The notes under the pieces are model-generated. The model was not told where the DNA came from. It saw only the letters and a list, made by a program, of their open reading frames with translations, and made no database searches. A DNA stretch of 64,000 nt from assembly GCA_963764625.1 (NCBI GenBank), contig CAVXTH010000005.1, positions 128,001 to 192,000 of the forward strand. Direction: 5' to 3'. This DNA is from Candidatus Krumholzibacteriota bacterium (lineage in GTDB: Bacteria; Krumholzibacteriota; Krumholzibacteriia; JAJRXK01). Numbering within the stretch: position 1 is the stretch's first letter; each line of letters starts with the position of its first letter. This document shows positions 53,940-64,000 of the stretch, piece after piece. Made by a program: the position numbers and the translations under genes.

Positions 53940-54476
53940 CTAACGGCGGAACGGCATACCGAAGAGGCTCAGGAGTTCCCTGCCCTCTTCGTCCGTCTTC
54001 GCAGTGGTCACCACGGTTACGTTCATGCCCCGAGCCTTGTCGACCTTGTCGAAGTCGATCTCGGGAAAGATGTACTGCTCTTTGATTCCCAAGCTGTAGT
54101 CGCCATGGCCGCTCAACTTGGGAGATATGCCCCGGAAGTCGCGAACGCGCGGCAAAGCCACGTCCACCAGACGGCCCAGGAACTCGTACATGCGGTCTCC
54201 GCGCAGCGTCGCGCGGCAGCCGATGGCCATTCCGGCGCGCAACTTGAAATTCGCGACCGATTTCTTCGCGCGCGTGATCTGGGGCTTCTGTCCCGTGATC
54301 GCCTGCAGATCGGCCGTCGCGGATTCGAGAAGATTCGGGTTCGCGATCGACTCACCCACTCCCATGTTCACCACGATCTTGGTGATCCGGGGGGCCTCCA
54401 TCACGTTCCCGTAAGAAAACTTCTCCATCATGCCCGGCGCGACTTCGCTTCGGTATTTGTCTTTCATTCTTGCCAT
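53940..54476 (-). CDS. rplE: 50S ribosomal protein uL5
   Basis: [29 protein letters not shown]. Confidence 0.99.
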   Translation of the reverse strand: MARMKDKYRSEVAPGMMEKFSYGNVMEAPRITKIVVNMGVGESIANPNLLESATADLQAITGQKPQITRAKKSVANFKLRAGMAIGCRATLRGDRMYEFLGRLVDVALPRVRDFRGISPKLSGHGDYSLGIKEQYIFPEIDFDKVDKARGMNVTVVTTAKTDEEGRELLSLFGMPFRR

Positions 54477-54539
54477 TACCAAACTCGCCTTTCTCCCTCT
54501 TCACGGACCATAGGGCCCGAGGCCTGGGAGCGGGGATCG

Positions 54540-54794
54540 CTATTCGCCCCCACTATCTGCCGGTCGCCCCTTGTCGATCACCTTCACGTTGCTGAGGTGG
54601 ATCGCGGCTTCCGCTTCGACGATTCCTCCGGTGGCCTGGCCCTGAATCTCGCGACGATGGCGTTTCACCAACTGGACCTTCTCGACCACCACTCGATTCT
54701 TTCCGCGCAAGACCTTGAGCACCTTTCCCCGGATTCCCTTGTGGTCTCCAGAGATGACCTCAACGATGTCGTTGCGCGCGATTCTCTTGGACAT
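54540..54794 (-). CDS. rplX: 50S ribosomal protein uL24, short (84 aa) form
   Basis: KOW motif [29 protein letters not shown]. Confidence 0.95.
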   Translation of the reverse strand: MSKRIARNDIVEVISGDHKGIRGKVLKVLRGKNRVVVEKVQLVKRHRREIQGQATGGIVEAEAAIHLSNVKVIDKGRPADSGGE

Positions 54795-54803
54795 TGCGTT
54801 CTC

Positions 54804-55172
54804 CTAAACCACTTCGGGCGCCAGCGAAACGATCTTCATGAAGCGTTTCTCGCGAAGTTCACGAGCCACCGGTCCGAAGATACGAGTCCCGACGGGCTCG
54901 CGATCGTCATTCACGATGACGGCCGCGTTGTCGCCGAAACGGATGAGGCTGCCATCACGACGTCCACGCTCCTTGCGCGTGCGAACGATGACGCCTTTCA
55001 CGACCTGACCTTTCTTGACCGTGCCCCCGGGAATGGCCGATTTCACGGCTAGCACCACGATGTCTCCGACGTAGGCGTACCGCCGGCCGCTGCCCCCGAG
55101 GATCCGGATACACTTGGCGGTCTTGGCGCCGGAGTTATCCGCGATCGTAAGTAATGTCTCTTCCTGAATCAT
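54804..55172 (-). CDS. rplN: 50S ribosomal protein uL14
   Basis: [34 protein letters not shown]. Confidence 0.99.
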   Translation of the reverse strand: MIQEETLLTIADNSGAKTAKCIRILGGSGRRYAYVGDIVVLAVKSAIPGGTVKKGQVVKGVIVRTRKERGRRDGSLIRFGDNAAVIVNDDREPVGTRIFGPVARELREKRFMKIVSLAPEVV

Positions 55173-55195
55173 GACTGGGCTCTCCGTCCCGGGGT

Positions 55196-55477
55196 TTACT
55201 TCGCGCGCTCGATGACCTCGACGAGGCGCCAACACTTGTTCTTGCTCAGAGGCCTAGTCGCCATGACCTTCACCGTATCGCCTTCGCGAGCCTCGTTCTT
55301 TTCGTCGTGAGCGAAAAGCTTGGAGGATCGCTTGATAAAGCGAGAATACACGGGGTGCCGCACTCTGCGCGTTACCAGAACGACGAGCGTCTTGTCCATC
55401 TTCGCGCTCACGACCTGCCCCAGCCGGACGGCCCGTTGCGCGCGATCGCTACTCGAATTCGCCATCTGCTCTGCCAT
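55196..55477 (-). CDS. rpsQ: 30S ribosomal protein uS17
   Basis: [28 protein letters not shown]. Confidence 0.98.
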   Translation of the reverse strand: MAEQMANSSSDRAQRAVRLGQVVSAKMDKTLVVLVTRRVRHPVYSRFIKRSSKLFAHDEKNEAREGDTVKVMATRPLSKNKCWRLVEVIERAK

Positions 55478-55482
55478 GAGTT

Positions 55483-55695
55483 CTACGCCTCGTTTTTCTC
55501 GGCTTCACGCCGCTTTTCATTCAGCACGGTTTTTAAGCGAGCCAGCTCGCGACGCGCGATACGATAGCTCAGTGGGTTGTCCAGTTTCCGGGACTTCAGC
55601 TGCAGACGGAAGTTCATCACCTGTTCGGCTTGCTCCTCGACTCGAGCCAAGAGCTCGTTCGCGCTGAGGTCTCTCAATTCAAAGGCCTTCCTCAT
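55483..55695 (-). CDS. rpmC: 50S ribosomal protein uL29
   Basis: [16 protein letters not shown]...[10 protein letters not shown]; TGATG overlap with rplP. Confidence 0.95.
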   Translation of the reverse strand: MRKAFELRDLSANELLARVEEQAEQVMNFRLQLKSRKLDNPLSYRIARRELARLKTVLNEKRREAEKNEA

Positions 55696-56108
55696 CAGTC
55701 TTCCTCCCGAACGACGAACCTGGTCTTGATCGGAAGCTTGTGCATCCCGCGCTCCATCGCCTCGTGCGCGAGCTTCTCGTCGATGCCACCGAGTTCGAAG
55801 AGGATCCGGCCCGGCTTGACTACCGACACCCAATACTCCGGAGAACCCTTGCCCTTACCCATGCGGGTTTCGGCCGGCTTGATCGTGATGGGTTTGTCCG
55901 GAAAAATCCGAATCCAGAGCTTTCCCGAACGCTTTACATGACGCGTGATCGCGACGCGCGCCGCTTCGATCTGACGACTCTTGATCCAACCGGGTTCGAC
56001 CGCCTGGATTGCAAAGCGTCCGAAGGAGATTTCGGAACCACGCTGAGCCATTCCGCGCATTCTCCCCTTCTGAACTTTCCGTCGCCTGACGCGCTTAGGC
56101 ATCAACAT
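55695..56108 (-). CDS. rplP: 50S ribosomal protein uL16
   Basis: MLMPKR, RQIEAAR, RMGKGKG.PE.WV, KLPIKT. Confidence 0.99.
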   Translation of the reverse strand: MLMPKRVRRRKVQKGRMRGMAQRGSEISFGRFAIQAVEPGWIKSRQIEAARVAITRHVKRSGKLWIRIFPDKPITIKPAETRMGKGKGSPEYWVSVVKPGRILFELGGIDEKLAHEAMERGMHKLPIKTRFVVREED

Positions 56109-56110
56109 GG

Positions 56111-56782
56111 CTAGCTCGCCTCCTGAACCTCGTTGGCCAGCTGCTTCTTGAAGTCAGCCGGGAAGATTTCACCGTTGCAGATCCAGACTTTCACTCCGAT
56201 CGCACCGTAGGTGGTGCGAGCCGTCGCGGTGCCGTAGTCGATGTCGGCGCGAAGCGTGTGCAAAGGCACGCTGCCATCCTTGTAGTTCTCCACCCGACCC
56301 ATCTCCGAACCACCCAGACGACCACCGCAGCGGATCTTGATTCCCTTGGCGCCCATGCGCATCGAGGTCGCAATCGCCTTTTTCATCGCGCGCCGGAAGC
56401 TCACGCGCTGCGTGAGTTGATGTGCAATGTGCTCGGCGACCAGCACCGAACAGAGTTCCGGCTTCTTCACTTCCTTCACGTCGAGCGTGATCGATTTTCC
56501 AGTCAGCTTCTGCATCTTCGTACGCAGCTCATCCACCGTCTTGCCCTTGCGGCCGATGACCACGCCGGGCCGGGAGGTACGAAGAGTCACCGTCACCTTG
56601 TGGGGCTCGCGCTGAATCTTGATTTTGGCGATACCCGCGTTCCCCACGGTCGATTCGATGAGCTTGCGAATCTTGACATCCTCTTCGAGCCAGTCCGCGT
56701 AGTTCTTCGTCGCGAACCACTTCGAGTTCCAATCCCCGATGATGCCGAGACGAAACCCGGTAGGATGTGTCTTCTGACCCAT
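56111..56782 (-). CDS. rpsC: 30S ribosomal protein uS3
   Basis: [38 protein letters not shown]. Confidence 0.99.
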   Translation of the reverse strand: MGQKTHPTGFRLGIIGDWNSKWFATKNYADWLEEDVKIRKLIESTVGNAGIAKIKIQREPHKVTVTLRTSRPGVVIGRKGKTVDELRTKMQKLTGKSITLDVKEVKKPELCSVLVAEHIAHQLTQRVSFRRAMKKAIATSMRMGAKGIKIRCGGRLGGSEMGRVENYKDGSVPLHTLRADIDYGTATARTTYGAIGVKVWICNGEIFPADFKKQLANEVQEAS

Positions 56783-56800
56783 TCGACAACCTGCTTTCTT

Positions 56801-57157
56801 CTACGCCTTTTTGTCCGCGGCGCTCACGATGACCGAAATGTGGCTGGTCCGCTTCCGAATCCGGAATGCGCGGCCCTGGGCCCGTGGACGAATTCTCTTC
56901 TGGGTAGGACCCTCATCAACCCTGATTTCCCTGATGACGAAATCCTCGTCGCTCGTGGTGACCGTTTCGTCCGCGGCAACCCTGGCATTCGCCACCGCCG
57001 CCAGAATGGTCTTCTGAATCATGGGCGCGGCTTTCTTCGGCGTGAGCGAGAGCAGATGAACTGCCTCCTCCACGCCTTTCCCCCGCACGAGATCGGCCAC
57101 CAAACGGGCTTTACGCGCGGAGATCGAATTGAAGCGGGATACCGCCCTGGCCTCCAT
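56801..57157 (-). CDS. rplV: 50S ribosomal protein uL22
   Basis: SARKARLVADLVRG, DEGPT.KR..PRAQGRA..I.KRTSHI. Confidence 0.99.
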   Translation of the reverse strand: MEARAVSRFNSISARKARLVADLVRGKGVEEAVHLLSLTPKKAAPMIQKTILAAVANARVAADETVTTSDEDFVIREIRVDEGPTQKRIRPRAQGRAFRIRKRTSHISVIVSAADKKA

Positions 57158-57171
57158 GGCTCTTCCTCCTG

Positions 57172-57441
57172 CTACTTCTTGCCCTTGCTGGTGTGTCCGC
57201 GGTAGATCCTCGAGGGAGCGAATTCTCCGAGCTTGTGACCCACCATGTTCTCCTGGATGTAGACCGGGACGAACTGCTTGCCGTTGTGGACCGCGATGGT
57301 GTGTCCGAGAAATTCCGGAACCACCATGCTTCCCCGCGCCCAGGTCCTGATGACCTTCTTCTCACCCTTGGAATTGAGGGCCTCGATCTTCTTGAGAAGA
57401 GAATCCTCGATCCAGGGGCCTTTTTTGATCGATCTCGGCAT
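57172..57441 (-). CDS. rpsS: 30S ribosomal protein uS19
   Basis: [21 protein letters not shown]. Confidence 0.99.
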   Translation of the reverse strand: MPRSIKKGPWIEDSLLKKIEALNSKGEKKVIRTWARGSMVVPEFLGHTIAVHNGKQFVPVYIQENMVGHKLGEFAPSRIYRGHTSKGKK

Positions 57442-57456
57442 CTGCGGCTCTCCTGA

Positions 57457-58284
57457 CTACTTGACTTTGCGACGACGGACGATGAAACGGTCCGAGGGCT
57501 GACGGCTGCGGGTCTTCTTTCCCTTCGCCGGCTGACCCCAGGGGGAGCAGGGATGTCTTCCACCCGAACTCTTGCCTTCGCCACCGCCCATGGGATGGTC
57601 GACTGGATTCATCGCGACCCCGCGAACATGGGGACGCTTCCCCAGCCAACGGCTCTTCCCCGCCTTGCCCACGACGACGTTTTCATGGTCCGAATTTCCG
57701 ACCTCGCCGATGGTGGCGTAGCAGCTCCGGTGCACCATGCGAACTTCGTTGCTGGGCAAACGGAGCGTGATCAAGGAACCCTCCTTGGCCATCACCTGAG
57801 CGTAGCTACCCGCGCTGCGCGCGATCTGTCCGCCGCGACCCGGCTTGAGCTCGATGTTGTGCACGAGCGTGCCCAGCGGAATGCGCCACAGGGGCATCGC
57901 GTTTCCCACACTGAATGGAGCATTCTCACCCGCGAGCAGGGTCATCCCCACCTCGAGGCCCTTCGGCATCACGATGTACCGCTTCTCCCCATCCACGTAG
58001 TGCAGAAGCGCGATGCGGGCGCTGCGATTCGGGTCGTACTCGATCGTCGCGACTTTAGCTTCGATGTTGAGCTTGTTTCGCTTGAAATCGATGATCCGAT
58101 AGCGCCGCTTGTGCCCTCCACCGCGATGGCGCGAGGTAATGCGACCCCGATTGTTCCGCCCGCCCGACTTCTTCAGAGGCGCGAGCAGAGACTTTTCAGG
58201 CTTGCTTGTCGTAATCTCGGCAAAGTCCGACACCGTCCGGTAACGGAGTGTCGGGGTCACCGGTTTGAATTTCTTGATCCCCAT
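57457..58284 (-). CDS. rplB: 50S ribosomal protein uL2
   Basis: [34 protein letters not shown]. Confidence 0.99.
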   Translation of the reverse strand: MGIKKFKPVTPTLRYRTVSDFAEITTSKPEKSLLAPLKKSGGRNNRGRITSRHRGGGHKRRYRIIDFKRNKLNIEAKVATIEYDPNRSARIALLHYVDGEKRYIVMPKGLEVGMTLLAGENAPFSVGNAMPLWRIPLGTLVHNIELKPGRGGQIARSAGSYAQVMAKEGSLITLRLPSNEVRMVHRSCYATIGEVGNSDHENVVVGKAGKSRWLGKRPHVRGVAMNPVDHPMGGGEGKSSGGRHPCSPWGQPAKGKKTRSRQPSDRFIVRRRKVK

Positions 58285-58315
58285 GGGATTCTTTCTCCCC
58301 CTTGATCAGCCCGCG

Positions 58316-58606
58316 CTAAACCAGGTCGAAGAGATCGATTTTGTCATCGGTCCGCAGCGTCACGATCGCCTTCTTCCAGTCGGGACGGTGTCCCGCAAAG
58401 CGACCCATTCGCTTGGGCTTGCCGTGCATCCGCATGGTCCGCACGTCGAGCACCTTCACACCGAAGAACTTCTCCACCGCTTGATGGACTTCGTGCTTGT
58501 TGGCCGCGAGCGCGACCTCGAAAACGTACTTGTTGGTCTGCTCGCTGATGTCCGTCGTCTTCTCGGTGACCACCGGACGAATGAGCACCTGACTCAGATC
58601 CTTCAT
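58316..58606 (-). CDS. rplW: 50S ribosomal protein uL23
   Basis: RPVVTEKT, YVFEV...ANK, WKKAIVTL; start ATG 58606 (ATGA overlap with rplD). Confidence 0.98.
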   Translation of the reverse strand: MKDLSQVLIRPVVTEKTTDISEQTNKYVFEVALAANKHEVHQAVEKFFGVKVLDVRTMRMHGKPKRMGRFAGHRPDWKKAIVTLRTDDKIDLFDLV

Positions 58607-59232
58607 GACCCGAACACCTCCCCCACGCGCGCGAGCGCCTCTTCGGTCAGAACGAGGCATTCGCTGCGAAGAACGCGATAGGCGTTGAGCTGGTCCGCCG
58701 GCATCACGTCGACGTGCTCGAGGTTTCGCACCGAGCGGTAGAAGGTGTTGTCCTTGGCCGAAGTGACCACGAGCACAGTGCGGCCGCTCAGACCCATCTT
58801 CGTGAGCATGGCCACGGCCGCCTTGGTCTTCGGAGCATCCAGACTCGGGTTCTCCACCACGTAGACCTCACCGAGACGCGCGCGATCACTCAGCGCCGAG
58901 CGCAAAGCGAGCTGACGGGTCTTGCGATTGAGGTTCGTGCGGAAGTCCCGCGGCTTCGGCCCGAAAACGGTACCTCCGCCCTCTCGCACCGGGGATTTCG
59001 CCGAGCCCGCGCGAGCGCGTCCCGTTCCCTTCTGGCGAAAGAGCTTCGCGGTCGAGAAAGCCACCTCACCGCGTTCCTTGGTCTTGGCCGTGCCCTGCCG
59101 CTGATGCGCCAGATAGCTCTTGACCGTCTCGTAGAGAGCCTGCTCGTGGATTTCGGCGCCAAAGAGCTTTTCGTTGAGCTCGATCGCACTTCCTCCCTCG
59201 CCGCTCTCGTTGAATCGCTTGGCCGTAGCCAT
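58603..59232 (-). CDS. rplD: 50S ribosomal protein uL4
   Basis: RQGTAKTK.R.EV, QKGTGRARAGS, GGG.VFGPKPR. Confidence 0.99.
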   Translation of the reverse strand: MATAKRFNESGEGGSAIELNEKLFGAEIHEQALYETVKSYLAHQRQGTAKTKERGEVAFSTAKLFRQKGTGRARAGSAKSPVREGGGTVFGPKPRDFRTNLNRKTRQLALRSALSDRARLGEVYVVENPSLDAPKTKAAVAMLTKMGLSGRTVLVVTSAKDNTFYRSVRNLEHVDVMPADQLNAYRVLRSECLVLTEEALARVGEVFGS

Positions 59233-59269
59233 GACAGCGTCCTCCGATTCTTACTTCCAGGGCCTGACC

Positions 59270-59890
59270 CTAAATCGCGTTGACCAGAATAAACCCGTTG
59301 CGCGTTCCCGGAACCGCGCCCTTCACGAAGAGAAGGTTGTTCTCTTTGTCGATCCGCACTAGCTCGAGGTTTTTGACCGTGACCCGATCGTTTCCCATGC
59401 GGCCTGGCATCTTCTTCCCGCGAAACACACGGGAGGGAGTGGCGCAAGCGCCGATCGAGCCCGGCACGCGGTGATTGTGGCTACCGTGGGTTTCACGCCC
59501 ACGCTGGAAACCGTAGCGGCGAATTACGCCGGCGAATCCTCGACCCTTGGAGATTCCGGTGACTCTCACTTTGGCAATTCCGTCGAAGAGGTCGACCGTG
59601 ATCTGCTGACCCAGGGCGAAGCCCTCCAGGTCGTCCACCTTGAACTCACGCAGCATCCGCTGCGGGCCGGTGCCGCTCTTGGCCAGATGACCCAGCAGGG
59701 GCTTGGGAGTCCGCTTCTCCTTGCGATCCGCCCCGAAACCCAGCTGCACGGCCTGGTAGCCGTCCTTCTCGGTCGTCTTGATCTGTGTAACCGGACACGG
59801 ACCGCACTCGAGCACGGTGACCGGAATGGAGCGGCCGTCTTCATCGAAGACTCGCGTCATTCCCATCTTCTTTCCGATCAGACCTTTCAT
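59270..59890 (-). CDS. rplC: 50S ribosomal protein uL3
   Basis: GKKMGMT, DGYQAVQLG, SKGRGFAG, PGSIG, KGAVPG. Confidence 0.99.
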   Translation of the reverse strand: MKGLIGKKMGMTRVFDEDGRSIPVTVLECGPCPVTQIKTTEKDGYQAVQLGFGADRKEKRTPKPLLGHLAKSGTGPQRMLREFKVDDLEGFALGQQITVDLFDGIAKVRVTGISKGRGFAGVIRRYGFQRGRETHGSHNHRVPGSIGACATPSRVFRGKKMPGRMGNDRVTVKNLELVRIDKENNLLFVKGAVPGTRNGFILVNAI

Positions 59891-59934
59891 TCCCGTTCTC
59901 CTCGGTCGAGGCGAAAGCCTCCGTTTGCGCCGTC

Positions 59935-60243
59935 TTAGACTTTCAGCTCAATGTCCACCCCGGCCGGCAGATTCAGCTTCATCAGAGCGTCTACCGTCTG
60001 GTTGGTGGAGTTGACGATGTCGATGAGCCTCTTGTGCACTCTGATCTCGAATTGCTCGCGCGATTTCTTGTCCGCGTGAGGCGAACGCAAAACGGTATAG
60101 ACCGACCGCCGCGTGGGCAAAGGCACCGGACCCTTGATTTCAGCTCCAGTCTTGCGAGCCGTTTCGCAAATGACCTGGGCCGAGCGGTCCAGCGTGGAAG
60201 CCTCGTACGCCTTGAGGCGAATTCGGATCTTCTGACGCGCCAT
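59935..60243 (-). CDS. rpsJ: 30S ribosomal protein uS10
   Basis: [28 protein letters not shown]; start ATG 60243. Confidence 0.99.
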   Translation of the reverse strand: MARQKIRIRLKAYEASTLDRSAQVICETARKTGAEIKGPVPLPTRRSVYTVLRSPHADKKSREQFEIRVHKRLIDIVNSTNQTVDALMKLNLPAGVDIELKV

Positions 60244-60313
60244 CTTTCCTCCTGCCGACGTTCGGAGATTCAAACTCCTTGTCTCGCCCGCGAAGCATTT
60301 GGGCCAAAGGCCC

Positions 60314-61507
60314 TTACTCGATGATTTGAGTGACGACGCCGGCGCCCACGGTGCGGCCGCCTTCGCGAATCGCGAAGCGCAGTCCGTCTTCCATGGCGAT
60401 CGGCGTGATCAAGTTGATGTCCATCGTCACGTTGTCTCCGGGCATTACCATCTCCCGTCCCTCGGGAAGCTCTGCCGTGCCCGTCACGTCCGTCGTCCGA
60501 AAATAGAACTGAGGACGATATCCAGTGAAGAAAGGCGTGTGACGTCCACCCTCTTCCTTCGTCAAAACGTAAACCTCACCCTTGAACTTCGTGTGCGGCG
60601 TCACGCTCCCCGGCTTGCACACCACCATCCCACGCTCCACGTCCTTCTTGTCCGTCCCACGAAGCAACAAACCCACGTTGTCCCCCGCCTGCCCCTCATC
60701 CAAAATCTTGCGGAACATCTCCACCCCGGTGCATACCGTCCGCTGCGTGTCCCGAATGCCCACGATCTCGATCTTGTCACCCGTGTTCACCCGGCCGCGC
60801 TCGATACGGCCCGTCGCCACCGTCCCGCGTCCGGTGATCGAGAAAATATCCTCCACCGGCATCAAAAACGGCTTGTCCAATTCACGCTGGGGTGTCGGCA
60901 CGTAGGTGTCCAACGCCTCCAACAACTCGAAAATGCACTTGCACTCCGGAGAATCGGCATCCGAACTCTCCAAAGCCTTCAACGCGCTCCCCTTGATCAA
61001 CGGAATGTCGTCCCCAGGGAACTCGTACACGCTCAATAACTCGCGTACCTCTAACTCCACCAACTCCAACAACTCCGGATCGTCCACCATGTCCGTCTTG
61101 TTCAAAAACACCACGATGTACGGAACTCCCACCTGGCGAGCCAACAAAATGTGCTCCCGTGTCTGCGGCATCGGACCGTCAGCCGCACTCACCACCAACA
61201 CCGCCCCGTCCATCTGCGCCGCACCCGTGATCATGTTCTTCACGTAGTCAGCGTGACCAGGACAGTCCACGTGGGCGTAATGACGCGTCGCGCTCTGGTA
61301 CTCCACATGCGCCGTCGCAATCGTGATCCCGCGCTCTCGCTCCTCCGGCGCCTTGTCGATCTGATCGAACGGAGTGAAGTCCGCCAATCCCTTGGCAGCC
61401 AAAGTCTTCGTGATCGCAGCCGTCAACGTCGTCTTCCCGTGATCAACGTGACCAATCGTCCCTACGTTCACGTGCTCCTTCGTTCGCTCGAACTTCTGAC
61501 GAGCCAT
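60314..61507 (-). CDS. tuf: Elongation factor Tu
   Basis: [40 protein letters not shown]. Confidence 0.99.
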   Translation of the reverse strand: MARQKFERTKEHVNVGTIGHVDHGKTTLTAAITKTLAAKGLADFTPFDQIDKAPEERERGITIATAHVEYQSATRHYAHVDCPGHADYVKNMITGAAQMDGAVLVVSAADGPMPQTREHILLARQVGVPYIVVFLNKTDMVDDPELLELVELEVRELLSVYEFPGDDIPLIKGSALKALESSDADSPECKCIFELLEALDTYVPTPQRELDKPFLMPVEDIFSITGRGTVATGRIERGRVNTGDKIEIVGIRDTQRTVCTGVEMFRKILDEGQAGDNVGLLLRGTDKKDVERGMVVCKPGSVTPHTKFKGEVYVLTKEEGGRHTPFFTGYRPQFYFRTTDVTGTAELPEGREMVMPGDNVTMDINLITPIAMEDGLRFAIREGGRTVGAGVVTQIIE

Positions 61508-61570
61508 GACTTTCTACCTTTCCGTTCCCCCGCTTCGACTGCGGGGTCCATTCTGACGGCGCGTCTCCCC

Positions 61571-63649
<2,079 letters not shown>

Positions 63650-63796
63650 GTCCGTACTCCTCATTCGCGCACGGATGAAACCACCCGGTCTCGGGGGTTT
63701 CATTCCACGCACTCGGCGAACCATTCGTTTTGTTCATTCCCACCGGGCTTCAGGCAGCACCGGCATAGAAGCGCTCTGTAGCCGAACGAAAGACCT

Positions 63797-64000
63797 TTAC
63801 CAGCGGCAGTGTGCGAAGGCCCGGTTGGCCTCTGCCATGCGGTGAGTATCCTCGCGCTTCTTGATAGACGGTCCTTCGTTCTTGCTCGCGGCGATCAGCT
63901 CGGAAGCCAGTCGCTCGGGAAAGCTGTGCTCATTGCGATCACGTGAGAATCCAATGATCCAGCGCATTCCGAGCATCATCCGCCGTTCATTCTTGATCTC
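63797..64000 (-). CDS. rpsG: 30S ribosomal protein uS7, C-terminal part (5' end outside the window)
   Basis: ...[15 protein letters not shown]...RLASEL...[18 protein letters not shown]; frame open to the window end. Confidence 0.98.
   Translation of the reverse strand, partial: EIKNERRMMLGMRWIIGFSRDRNEHSFPERLASELIAASKNEGPSIKKREDTHRMAEANRAFAHCRW

Overview
GC-rich bacterial chromosome segment, standard genetic code, densely coding. I found no rRNA, tRNA, IS, integrase, prophage or CRISPR array. The right third (44.6-64 kb, minus strand) is one contiguous str-S10-spc-alpha ribosomal superoperon: rpsG (partial), fusA, tuf, rpsJ through rplO, secY, adk, map, infA, rpmJ, rpsM, rpsK, rpsD, rpoA, rplQ. 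The left two-thirds mix housekeeping genes (mrp/apbC, rlmB, metG, xth, add, maeB, fabH, crcB plus DUF190) with many envelope or secreted proteins: M61, M23, M28 and tricorn/S41 peptidases, an exported amidohydrolase, DsbD/ScsB plus a peroxiredoxin-like protein, a GldAFG-like ABC system plus DUF4340, and a 7-bladed FG-GAP protein with a FlgD-Ig/T9SS-like C-terminal domain. That domain suggests an FCB-superphylum lineage such as Krumholzibacteria, Eisenbacteria or Latescibacteria (inference). Several genes carry single-base frameshifts that look like long-read consensus errors. No new system can be proven from sequence alone. The best candidates are: (1) a recurring, correctly oriented sigma54-type GG-N10-GC element about 58-78 nt upstream of six mostly envelope or signalling genes, while housekeeping genes have sigma70-type promoters; (2) a divergent rifampin-phosphotransferase-architecture enzyme translationally coupled to a secreted M28 peptidase; (3) fabH translationally coupled to a GldA/F/G-DUF4340 exporter. 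All family assignments come from motif recognition by eye, not database searches.
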